Assembly (NCBI RefSeq): GCF_009914755.1
Contig: NC_060932.1
DNA: 64,000 bases
Strand: one strand, 5' to 3'
Origin: the human T2T-CHM13v2.0 reference genome, Homo sapiens
Made by a program: the position numbers and the translations under genes. Below are positions 41,801 through 59,965 of this stretch, piece after piece. Position 1 is the first letter of the stretch. Each line of letters starts with the position of its first letter. Below the pieces are notes generated by a model. It saw only the letters and a program-made list of their open reading frames with translations, had not been told where the DNA came from and ran no database searches.

Positions 41801-43521
41801 GTTACCGTTTACAACTTTAATGCACACACACACACACAAAAGGATATCTACTGCAATAGAAATAGTTGCTTCATTACCTTGTTTGCTACATTTGCAAATG
41901 TAAACAGCTAGGCAGAGCCAGAACTGACTCTAATGCATGATGGAATATCTTTGTTGCATACGTACACTGTAGAAAATAATTATTCAATATGTCAGGCACC
42001 ATTATTTGAAATGTAATACATTAATATTTACTAGAAAAATAAGTTTTTTTTTTCCTATTTGTTCTCCCAACTTCTTTAATGAAATAAGTTAATCTGACAG
42101 TGCATCCAGTAGCTTGTAATATCTTCTACATCTCCGTGGCAAAAAATAAACTACTGGTTGGGACAATATAATGCAAATTATTAAAGTCAGTCCTTGTACA
42201 TACATCCTTGTAGCAAGCATTGAGGCTCGACTAACAGCACCTTTAACCAATTATTTAATGTTCAGTTATTTAGCCCTATTTCCCTGAGCAGTTATGCTGA
42301 GGAGCTTTCCCTTCATGGATAGTTTTTACAAAGCCTTAAGTATTAAAAGTTCTATGAGGACATACTTCTAAGAATCCTATTTAATGCTACTTAACTAAAT
42401 CTGTATACATTTAATGAAGGGATTGGCTGGTACATATACCAACTGTCAGTCTGTGGTAACGTAACCTTAGACGCTGCCTGACCACAAAGTTTGGAAATTA
42501 TATTTAACCAAAAGAAAATAAATAAATACAGCAGGTTACCTTGTGAAGAAATGCCATGTGTTCTAAACAAATTAAACCCACGGTCTGACATTTGTATCCA
42601 TCTATGCTTTTGAATTGAGGGGATTCCTTTAGTTATAATGTGCCAAGTGAGATTAGTAACCAACAGGAGGCTTAGAAAAGCAAATCCATACTGGTTCATC
42701 ACACACAAGAAAGAAATACCTGGCTAAAATGAAATCACTACAGAAGCATCGAGGACATTGTTTTTTAAAATGGGTACATGTGTGGACAAAATGAATCTAA
42801 ACCGCAAACAAAAGGACTACTGAGTATTTGAACATCTAAAGGACAAAAATATCAGAGAGGGTGTGCATGTGTATGTACAGGCAGGGCTGGGTAAAAACAG
42901 CGTGCCACCATCTGTCATGTTGCTTGCTGCACTCTAACCAAGCCTAACCACAGCTCGCATTTCTAGGTCAAAATCTGAAACATGGCCAATGAGAGAAGAC
43001 TAAATTGAGAGGGCGCCATTTTTCTTTCATTGCCCTGGACCTTCAATTTCTCCTCCTCTGCCTAGGGTTTCATGATCATTATAAATTTAGGCAACAATTT
43101 ATGGGTTTTGGAACAAATGGTCCAATGGCCAGTCCAGTACTGCTTTAGTATAATAATATGTAAACCCTTTCAAATTCTAGACAGTTTTGGTCTCTTTCTT
43201 TATAAATATATTAATTCTAGTCTGGTGATATCTCTTATGGATTATTTCCCCAGTACATATTAGCCAAGATGGTTTTGACTTAACAGGTTTTAAAAAGTGA
43301 TTGTTTACCATCTTCCATTCTTTCTCATTGACCATTTATCTCACTTTTTAATCTTGGTAACCTACTCATCAAAAGAAAGAATAACAAAAGAAGGGAATTT
43401 CATGTTGGATAAGGCAGGCTCTATGAAGTATTTTTTTAATAGGTCTTCATAAGACATTACAAGCTATTGAATTCCCATCAAGAAAACCTATTTCTATTTA
43501 ATTGTGCTAAGTGCTAAGGTT

Positions 43522-47987
<4,466 letters not shown>

Positions 47988-50474
47988 TCACATGATCAGT
48001 GGAGTTAGACCAAATCAACCCAGGAGTTTTGTCTTTAAACTAGCAACAATGACAGTATAAAACCACACTGCCCATAATGAGGTCAGGTTCAATTGTGTTT
48101 AATAGGCACCACTGATTTTCATTATAATTAACCCTACAGTGATGGATGAGGTGTGTGGAACACCAAAGGCTTTTCACAGAAACAGCTTTAACTTTTTGAA
48201 CTTTGGGTTTTATGGCTTTAATGATGGCTCCTAAATGCTGAACCCTAAAATATACCTTTTAAAAGTGTCAAAACATACGTCAAAAAGACAGAACATGGCA
48301 ATATGTTTAATACACTTTGGAAAGGAGGAGCACATGCTACCTGAGCTTTAAAATATAGTCAAGTTTGGAATAAATGTAAATCATTTAAAATTAAACTTGA
48401 TTTGTGTGTTTTTGTATGTCATTCATGTAACGTAAGTATTACGAGAATATAAGACACTCAATTCTGGTCTTTCGTTTGCAATTGTAAAATCTGAAAGATT
48501 CCTCTATTCCTCAAACGTGAGAGGGTTTGTAGAAACTTCAGCCAATTAAAAGTACAGTATTACTAATGAGAACCCTTATGAGGTGCCCACTTAAGTTAGG
48601 CAACATAGACCCTTCAATGGCTATTTATTTATTTTATTTGACTTAGACTTGGAAATCACAAGGGTTTCCAAATACAAATTGATTCTAGTGGCCTGAGTTT
48701 TGTAATCAACAGGTTAAAAATAACCTAAGAATATTTAAAACTAGATAATTAGTATTGCTTGTTCCATTCTTGCTATCAAGTAATGATTCCATTAAACTTC
48801 TCACTTAAACAAAAGTCAGGCTGTGTTTGTAGGCACAAATACTAACAGGCAGGAAATGGAATTCTCTTGCTGAAAAAAAAAAAGAAAAAAAAAGACAGCC
48901 TGAATTGCAGTTCAGCTCTCCTTTCTCTAGGAAGCAAAGCCTTTAATGATAAAATATGCGTGTTAGATAAGGAGTGGAAAAAGTCTTGCTGGAACCTAAT
49001 TTTATTATAAATTAAATATTACATGTGCCATAAGTCAAAATTTCAGGGATTCATAAAATTTAGGCAATTTATTTAACTCAAGTCCATACTGTAGAAGAGT
49101 GGTATCCCTGCCAAGAAAATACAATGGTTATAATTGTACTCTGATACATTTCAAATGGAAAGCTTTCTGCAGACATAATTTTGGCTTCAAGACTGGAACA
49201 CTTTCTTGGCATTGAAAGGGCATTTGATTCATCGGGTGTTTCACAATGTATCACTAAAAAGACCTGGTGAGCAGCCAGTTCCCTATAGGGTAATTTTTCC
49301 ATCCAGATGCAAGTGCTATCAGAGGCTCTCGTCAGCTAAACTAATTATGATCTTGCAATTGCTGATGCCTGCTCACTCTAACATTCGACATCCTCCATTA
49401 ATCATCAATACAAGGAAAATGAATGAAACGTAAAGAAATGAGGGCTGGTAAGCTGCACAGCCATAAAAATCTGAAATGAGAGCAATAACTTAACAAGATT
49501 GGGGGAATGTTTTTAGTGAGCACAAAGTCAGGCTAACAATTGCCCTTTTAAACCAAGAACACGATTTCATTAGTGTAGCAGGTTGTGCTACTTTAGGTGA
49601 TGTAATAAAAACTAGATTTCCAAAGATAATCTCTGGCTCCCCTTTTTCTACTTCCCCCCACCCGACTCTGGACCAGGAATGTATCATGAGTTTCTAAGTC
49701 TCAATAACATTGCAATAGCAAATGTTGGGTGTCAGTCTGCAAGTCCCAGTGAAGGCCTACTGCAAAAGTGGACTGCTGCTTCCCCCAAAATCAATGAACT
49801 ATTAGAAGTTGTGTTTATCAAACATTTTGGGGACTCCCTTTGTGCAAAGTAAGCTGGGAGCCTAGTTAAGTTATAATTGTGAAACTTTCCTGGGGCTATC
49901 CTGTCATTTTCCTAGATCTAAATAACATGTTTGCAAATAAACACCAACTTGGTCCACACAAGGGCAATGTAAATGTCCATTTGGAAATTAACCCACATAT
50001 ATGGCTGAGGCTCAAATGTGAATGTGTAACCATTCACTCCAGCCTGCTGTTCTTTCCTTATGCCCTGGGTGCTTGACACACCATGCCAAAGTGGGTGTAA
50101 TCCTGATTTCAGTGAGTGTTTCAACCCTTGCACAATTTGGTGCTTAATTCTCTTGCAAAGAAAATGCCTTTCATTAGTTAGAGGGAAAATCCTGAAATTA
50201 CAGCACTAGTTTCCAAAAGCATAGCTTGCTTTAAAAGGAGCACTTAGACTCCAATATAGTTTGCTATATTTTAGGTAAACCATATCACATTTTAAATATA
50301 TCAGGAGTACTTTGAATACACTTATTCAGAGTCAGTAGAGCTTGGAGGTTAATAATCAGATTTAGGTGCCAGAACACTGATATTCAAAACCTGTCTCTGT
50401 CATTTGCCAGGTACAACACTGGGCAAGTCACTTAATCTTTCAATGCTTAAAGTTCTCTGATCTTTACAGTGTGA

Positions 50475-50781
<307 letters not shown>

Positions 50782-51818
50782 CTACTGTGATTCTTATGTA
50801 GATTAATAGATGCAATTAAAACGGTGCCAGGGATGTAGTAAGTGCTCAAATCCTATTTGCCAAGAGGATTCAACTGTGATTTCTTTTGTATGAGAAAAAT
50901 ATTTTGTTAGTTTTCAGCCCTTGAATCTTGTTATTGAATATTTGAGAGATGCTTAAAGCATATGGTTGGATATTGTTCAATGTGTTTCTTTCATACCAAT
51001 CTTATCAAATATGAGAATGGAAAGTTGAGTCAGAGTGAAATATCTAGGTGTTCGCACCTAGAATTCAATAGGAGCAAGCTTGCATGGGGGTGGAGAGTGG
51101 GAGGTAGGTGAGAAATTCTTTCACACATGAAGTTACCTCCCATCTAAACAAATTTAGTACTTTGGTAAGCCTAGTCGAACCTTATTTTTGGTGCAATTAA
51201 AATTTCTGGAAGTAGCAGAGAAGGTGGGAGAAGTGGGTAGTGTCCTGAGCTGTGTCACTACAGAACCACATCTTTCTAAAACACCATACAGATGCGAGCC
51301 CTGACCTGGTCACACTGTGTACAATGTAACCTGGCAGGACACAGTAAGGGATTTCCTTTGAAGTTATCAACATCCTTAGCCCAATCAAGGACAGGGAAGC
51401 AGCCTGTTACCAAAGGAACGCAGAGTAGAAGCCTCCTGTGCCCTATTTTCAAAAACAAAGCTTGGCTTTAACTTAAAGAAAAAGAAAAGCACTAACGATC
51501 TTATTTCATTCATACTTTATCCTGCATGGCAGTTTTAAAATACTTTGTCACTCTCCTTTGCAGTAAGCCTATTAAGGACAGAAATCCTGTTTCCTAATCG
51601 TCACTGAACATTCTAAGGAATAAGCACCTAGGACAGTGCTCTGTTAGGCTAAACATTAAGAAAGTTGAAAATAATCCTGCCTGCTATTTCTATCGTTATT
51701 TTTAGAAAAAAAAAATATTTTAGGAAAAAAAGTAGTGTTTGTTTTCTTAAAATCCCTTTTAAATGTCGTCCATTCAGGCTGACAAATTAATCTGGAGTTG
51801 GGCAGAGATGGTTGATGA

Positions 51819-52164
<346 letters not shown>

Positions 52165-55100
52165 CCACATGTATTTTTGAGAAGGAGCTGATGCCAGGTA
52201 CTTGCTAAGTGCTGGGGGCAGCTCTCTTTTATCTTTAACATTACAGTCACAAATTGCTGATGGTTCTATCTGTGTCTGTTTATGTTTAAATAATAAATTT
52301 CTCCTTTTCCCACAAGCTGTCTTAAGAGACAATAATTTGTACCTCCATCACCTCGTGCCTGAGAGGGAAGAATTATGGGTCATATGGATAAGATCAGTGC
52401 TGGGAGGGAAAAAGGATAGGAATAAGTAGCTAGCCGATAACACCAATTGGCATTCCTGAGGGGCATATATAGCACAAAACTTTCTCTCCTCTCAGACTGA
52501 GGGAAGACTGCTCACTCACACATGTAAAGCCGCAAAGAGTAGCTGCAATCTCTGCCCCTGAACTTCTCTAAGTTCACCTTCCACATCTACGTGGTTTGAA
52601 CAGAGGGCAAGAGTGAAGGAGGATTGGCTGAAAACCCAAAGCTACATGAGGCAGCTCAACTAAAAATTGCTACAGAAAAAATTCTGGAATCAACAATTCG
52701 AGAAAATGATTGTTTGCTTTTCTTTTAATGCTTTGAGCAGTACAATTTAGGTTGCATTTGTGTTGTCTCCAGGCCATTTCCGTTGGCTGGTAATTTCCTA
52801 TGTGAAAAAGGATGAATAATGGTACAAACAGTTAACTGCAAGGAGTTTCGAAGCCAGTGATTGCCTGGCAAATGCTTTTCAGTGATAACTGGCCTGTCTT
52901 TTGAGCACTTGATCCCTTTCGGTATTTCAAATATTATAGCCACAATACTGATTTTCACAGCAGCAATGTAGGTGATGGATCTGAACAATCATCCAAATAG
53001 ATATAGAAAATGACATACCTAACTTTTAATATGAATACCCTTTAAATCCAGTGTAATTTTTTCCTCCCCTTTAGAGTAAACCAATAAGTATAATGACTAA
53101 GTATTTAAAACAAACAAACAAACAAACAAAACACAACACCTTTTGTCTTTAGGTTCACGGCTAACACCAACATGCGGGTAACAATAGTTGAAATTTTCTC
53201 TAAGTTTCCAATTTAAGTTTTGCTTTTGGGAGACTTAAATCTTCAGTCAGCTATATAACATTGATAAATAGCTGAGCCTTGGCATACATGTTAGGAAACC
53301 CAGATATGACTTAAGACATTTTTTTTTAAATTTTAAATTGGGTCGGCTGTTTTTATTCCTTATTTTATTTTATTATTTGAAGACCAGCCAAATATAAAAA
53401 TTTTAAGGTTTCCAAATCTCCAAATTTTGAAAAGGAACTGATTTCATCTGATTAATATGAAGTAAATTTGATTGAATGATTTATTAAAGTGGCTTAACAT
53501 TTACAGACATGGATATTCATCTTCAAGATATTAAAGGTTTCCATTGGTGAAGGAATTTGTGAAGAAATGATCTTTTACAATAATTTTCTATGAATAAGAA
53601 CCATACTGAAACCATGTAATTACATAACAAGCCCTGATAGGCAGAATATTTACTCACATTTTTTATGGTTTTATATCTTAGCCATTTTAAATCGAATCAA
53701 TCTGAAATCTGATTTATATAATGTTAGTATGAATATACCTCAAATATTTTTAACTCTTTAAATATTTTCTGTGTTTATCTGATTATATCAAAAAGTCTTT
53801 GCAACATTCATGTTAGCGAAATGCATAGATGGTTATGAGCAAAGCTTCTGGTACGATTTCACAGTAATACAATTTCAGTGGTAAATTAAGTCAATTAAGT
53901 TCTGGGAGTAATTATTGCGTGTCCACCATGTGCCTGGCACTGTGCTACAAGCCAGGGTCACAGCGTGAGACAAACATGGTCTGTAATCTTGCAGATTTTC
54001 CAGTGGAATCTTCTAAAAACATACTAATTATGGAGCTAAAGCAACACAAACAGAAATTGTTCATGAACATTGACAGCTGAAATCATGTGAATTACGTGGA
54101 AACTTTCCTGAAGATACCAAAGTATTGCCCATTCATAAATCTCATTTAGAGGCTAAAAGTTACCTAATAATCAGAGGGGTTACTTCCTGTGCTCCTTTGT
54201 AAAAACGTGTAACAGTTTAAGTCACTTCAGAAACAAATTAATACTTGCTTATTTTCACATTAGTAATAATGTCCTATCAATCACATTGTTCTATTAATTA
54301 CCAATAGAGTTGACATGACTTAATGTGTTCATGACTGTCAGATATGTAGTTGATATTCAATAATTGTTGATATTCCATAATTCAATAAGTGTTGAATATT
54401 ATTTTATTCTTATCTCTATCATGCGCCACTAGGAGACATCGAAGGCCATGTCCCTCCCCTCTTCCCCTCCAAAATAGAATTAACCAGCTGTTGACTACAC
54501 ACCAGTAGACCCTATGGAATATACTGAATTCAGGAGCTAAAACAACTTAAAAATAGATGGTGGTTTGCAATAAACACCTTTAGATTAATAGCCAGACTCT
54601 TACCAGGAGCACAGGCTGGCCAACAATTGAACAAGACCAGGGAAAGCACTCTGCCAACAGAAAGCAATAGTTTACCAATATCCTGGCCAACTTTTGTTTC
54701 AAATAAAATTGTGAAGAATCCGTTGAAATGGGCTGTACTGCATGTCTTTGCCTGCTTTAAAACAGTCCTCTTTGCCCTCAGATTTCTTGCCAAAAAACTG
54801 AAGGGACTCTATCAGGTTCAGCCAAGCACCCATCTTATAATCACCATAGAGCTTGGAAACAAAACCTGTTTACCCTGCTTATTAAATTCACTTCCTCAAC
54901 ACATCAGCAATGATAATGGAGACCAGTGTAAACTAAACTGGCATCTCTGGCTAAGAGCAATAGAACAGTTTTTGTTCCAGGACATGAGGCAATACATACT
55001 CCAGTAATCATACCTTGCACTGAGATATGAATGCACCTAAGACTTATCCCACTGACAATGTCGCCACATAGGGAGCTACCCGATATATCAGGTAATGCTG

Positions 55101-56488
55101 CTGTGCTAAACACATTAGCTCCATCTCTTCTGAGATGTAACTGGTGATTCTCAGAGTGAAAGAGCAGAAAATCACTATTTCCCCATGTATATCCCACTCT
55201 TTATTCATACAGATTCTTTACATCTCAAGGTTTTAGAAATTTATCACACAGATATAAAACCTATTACACAGATCTGAGGACCCCATCTCCCTTCTTTAAC
55301 TAACCCCATATTTGGTAGCTAACCCTGTATTTGGTAAAGGAGCAAACCAAACACCCTGTGTCATAATGAAATTACATAATAGAATCAGAATTGGAAAAAC
55401 CCAGATTTCTGGAGTTCTAACCACGCTGTTTCTGTAATAATGTTCTGCCTTTACAGCAAATATGCATTTGGACAGCTAAAAATATGGTTGAAAATTTATG
55501 TCTGCACTGTCTTTTTTTTCATTCCACGTGAAAGTCATTATTGTTAAAAGAACTACTCAAGTCTCTCAGAGCTTCTATTTTTGCCATCCTGTATGTGTTT
55601 TCACCCTTCCTTCAGCTACAACAATGGCTGGAAAGTAGCTCTATGGGGACTTTCTTCTATGCCAGTGCCAAAATCTGACACTGGAAGGAAAAAAATACTA
55701 AAAGGCCTTTTGGAGGCACAGTTAAACAATTTTAGCACCTCTTAAACTTCAGTGTGACAGCACAAGAGTTGATTCTTCTAATAAATTTGTTGCATATTTT
55801 ATTTATATAATATATTTAATAAGCAGATTTATTCTGGGATAGGTTCATATTCTAAAAATAAAAATATCAGCGATGAAGACCTTTCTAGAAAAGTCCTAAA
55901 AGCCAAAAGTCTCAGCTTCTAGGCATTTAATTAGAGAGTCAGATACAGTTATTAATATTTCATGTATTACACCTTTTTAGGGCTGCCTTTATAATATATA
56001 ATGGTTATTTTGGGAAAAAACAGAAAAAAAATCAATAATTCTTTTCATAGTATCTAACATAATAACTGGTTTATGAAGTGTTGCCACCCTCGAGGCAGCT
56101 ATATACAATTCAGTGGTTCCTCGATGGTTTCTCACACTCTTGGGGATCATACAATCTTTTGGTGAAATGTATGACACTCTCCAGAAAAAAATAAAGTGTA
56201 AAATATTTACAAATAACTTTAACATGGTCAAAAGCATGTCCCTCACAAAATGTATCCAAAGATTTCCTGTGGATTTGAGTGCCGACTGATCCAGATCCCA
56301 AGGTTAAGAACTCCTAACACATATTATCCCAGTTCAGATTTACGGTGAATTACTAATTACTATTACTCTCCTTTTATTGATGAAGTACAAAACTGACAAT
56401 AGTTCTTTGACTTATCTAGCATCAAAGAACACATTCTGGTCTCTAAGTCTAGGCAATATGACAGGATCATATTCTAAAAAGCATTTTT

Positions 56489-56805
56489 GGCCAGGCGTGG
56501 TAGCTCATGCCTGTAATCCCAGTGCTTTGGGAGGTCAAGGTGGGAGGATTGCTTGAGGCTAGGAGCTTGAGATCAACCAAGGCAAACACAGCAAGAACGT
56601 GTCTCTACAAAAAGTTAAAAAAAAAATTAGTTGGGTGTGGTGGTATGCATCTATAATCTGAGCTACTCTGGAGGCTGAGGAGAGAGGATGGTTTGAGCCC
56701 AGGGGTTCTAGACTGTAGTGAGCTATAATCATGTCACTGTACTCCAGCCTGGGCAACAGAGCGAGACACTGTCTCTAAAATAGATAAATAGAAAATTAAT
56801 TAAAT
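56489..56805 (+). mobile_element. AluJ SINE
   Basis: GGCCAGGCGTGGTAGCTC start with AluJ diagnostics GGGAGGATTGCTTGAG and GAGGATGG...GAGCCCAGG. Confidence 0.92.
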
Positions 56806-56879
56806 AAAAAAGAATTTTTGAATCAACTATTTAATAGAATACTCTTGTTTGACTATCTTTGTCCCTTTTTAAATAATCA

Positions 56880-57100
56880 TCATTGCACATATGTTTGCAG
56901 GATAACATATGATAGGCCTAGTCTCATTATCTGATATCCTCAGAATGATCCTAAGAGGCAAGTATTATTATCATTATTATTATTATTCCCTCCACTTTAT
57001 AGATGAGAAAACTGAGGCTTAGAAGCAATTTGCAACTGCTGAATAGTAGGGCTAAGATATAAACCCAGGTTGCCCTCACTTCAAAGCCACAGTGAACCAT
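56880..57100 (-). mobile_element. MIR SINE
   Basis: Core TTTATAGATGAGAAAACTGAGGCTTAGA. Confidence 0.75.
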
Positions 57101-59944
57101 GTTTCAGGCCTTATTACTAAAGAGGAGATTGGGGAATTTTTACCAAAAATATTACACCATATCCTGGCCTTAAAGAACGCTTATCTCTTCAAACCACCCA
57201 ATAACAGCTGATTGAAATTATGCAAGTTTTGAGGTACCAGAAAGAAATGAGTCATCCTTCATCAGATATGGCAACGAGCTGTTTTGAGGTCGACAGACAC
57301 AGTCATAGCCAGAGGAACAGAGCACTTGGCTGATGGAGGGGGCAGTGCTGGGGAGGGGGGAGGGGTGCAGTACATGTGTTTTGATCCTGCTGTGTCAAAA
57401 AAAATAAAAAAAGTATGTGAAACAGGCCGCTGCTTAAAAGCAGAAGTTGGTGACACCACTGACTTAGCCTCTCATAGCGCCTGCTACATGGGAGGTTAGC
57501 TGTGAATGAAAGTCTCTCTTTGCTTTTGCAGAAGACTTGGCTAGAGTTGGGGCAAGAAAAATGGTGCTGGGGTTTTGACATGCTCTGTAAACACACATGT
57601 TCAGGTAACAATTTACTAGATTTCTTTTATATATGTGTATGTTCCAAGGCAGAGACCTTTTGTGATATTTGGTATCATTTTTATTCAAGATAAATTACTG
57701 GCAGTTCTGAAAGGTGAGGTTATTTTACCAAATTCCTCAAGAATCAGATAATATAAAAATATTTTAAATAATGTCTGCTTAAAAACTCCCCCACTATTAT
57801 ATATAAAACTTCATGTTCTTCATCTATCTATGAAGCTTACTATTATACTTCTCATATGTGATATACTTTTGCATTTCATCACAGAAGAGTAATGACAAAA
57901 ATACTCCTAACTCTAAACATTTTTTATAGGCTATCCAATTGAGAGTATTCAGTACAAGTCAGATGTTAAAACGCAGCCTTGAGTCTGCTCAGCAGAAAGA
58001 TGGCAACCACTGCTTATTTTAATGTAAACAACAAAAACATACGGGAATACATGAGTTAAATATACAGAGGTTCAAAACAGTTAAAAGAGTTAATGACAAA
58101 CTATGAATGTGTCCACAAAAAGAGCCTGACACCAAATATGCAATTTGGATTAAATACTTCACAGACTATCTCGGGAATACCTCTGGGACCACGCAATTCT
58201 GTCTGACTTTTAGAAACACGGGGAATGGGGCAGTGGGAGACTAAAAAAAAATGAACCTGAATTTCATTTATTTTTGACACTATAAATCATTAAAAATATT
58301 CTCTCTCATTTAATTCAATTTTGTATGTCCTCAGGACGGGTAAAATCATAGGTATTTACGGACACCTTTCCAATGATTAAAACAAGCACTTAATGTTATG
58401 TCATTATTCAAATGAAAGATTTGTCTTTAAATAAGAGCTCTGTGACCACTATTGGTGAAACCGACCATGAGCAGATAATTTCATGATAGAGGTACTGTGC
58501 AGGCAGGGAAACTGAGCTGATTTCTAAAGTTTTAATAACATGATTTTTAAAAGACGAAGTGGAATTATGAATTTCCTTAACAATAATGATGTAATTTTGT
58601 AATAACTGAAATCTTTCACGGGAAAACTACCTCTTCAATAACTCACCCAGTCAATTACACAGGAAAGTCCTATAATAGGCTGTCCCTACTCCCTGCCCCG
58701 TCAAATAGCTCACGTACACGACTTCCTTTTCAATTACCAACTTGTCTGCAGTACCATCTGTAAAAACGAACACATACCTTATGCTGCCAGTTTTTGCTTT
58801 TGCACGTCCATTAGTGGGACTGGCTGCAGCTGCTCAAGAAGAAAGCAGTGATTGTCTTTGTTATGTATACATACGTAAAAATTCTCTCTTCAGTACCACC
58901 AGATTAGCTCAAGGTAATACATTGTCTTGGGTAGGAAACTGCACTCATACGAGCCTTACTCGCACCCGGCTCTCTCTGTGATCTGGAGTTTATTAATCAC
59001 ACTATATCGCATACCAAAGTAAGAACTACCTCATCGCATCAAGCATTCTGGAGAGTGCCCCTCAGTCATCCGTACCAAAAGGAACAGTTAAAGCTGTTTC
59101 TCACTTTGACATTTTGTACATCGAGCAGAATATCAGGAAACCAAAACCGAGACCTGGCAGCCCAACTTGAGACACAAAACTCCTGGTGAGTGAGATTTTA
59201 TTTCATGAGAAGGGCTCTGAAAATATAACACTAACTTTTCAACAACTTTATTTTCCCCTGCCTTATGTTTATATTCTTTTTCTGTTGGCATTATTTTTCC
59301 TCTAGATGAACACACTGAATTGGTCACACAATCTCGGCAAAAGACGTAAATAAATTATAGCAAGAAATTACCCACAATTATTTTTTAAAGTGATCTGTGT
59401 TAAAGAAATGTCATTTCTCCCTATTGTGAAGTAATATAGATTTTTTAAAGGAAAAGAAAAAAATTACCAAGCTCTTAAAGATATTTTGAAAAAGGATTCA
59501 TAGTGTAGCTGAAATTTAAAACACATACAAAAAATGAAAAGCAAACAAAAATGCTTAGTTGTGACTTACCCTTTGCTATTTCACATTTACAAATTTACCC
59601 CAAATGTATCAAAACTACTCTTCATCATAAGAGGAACTTTGTGACAAGGTACAAACTTAACTGTTGGAGCATTCGAATGTTAGTTTTGCCTCGGCTTTTC
59701 ATATCTTGAATTGTCTTAAATCACAAAATAGTCCTACTTTCTCTGTATAGGTATAGGAGACAGACTGCTGGATTCCAATTATTTTCATGTGCAAGTCACA
59801 CAGGGGAAAGGAGGCTCTTGAAGAAGGACCTACTTTTTCCTTTAATCTTTATATTATCAGTGCTTTGCATATAGTGGGCATTTAATTAGTGATAGCTTAA
59901 TTGAATTGACCTCTAGCAGAAGAGATGCTACTGCCACTTTGGAG

Positions 59945-59965
59945 TGTGTGTGTGTGTGTGTGTGT
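59945..59965. repeat. (TG)n microsatellite
   Basis: Visible TG run of about 10 units. Confidence 0.9.

Larger units (their letters stand above)
37992..43521 (-). other. TRPS1: TRPS1 3'UTR (~5.5 kb, AU-rich)
   Basis: Runs from the stop codon to the poly(A) signal above; almost repeat-free, unlike the flanking intergenic DNA. 3' end inferred from signals. Confidence 0.75.

Noticed and set aside
54530-55197. Cluster of 87-126-aa ORFs in the intron
   Set aside because: No homology recognised, mostly non-ATG starts, and they overlap on opposite strands.
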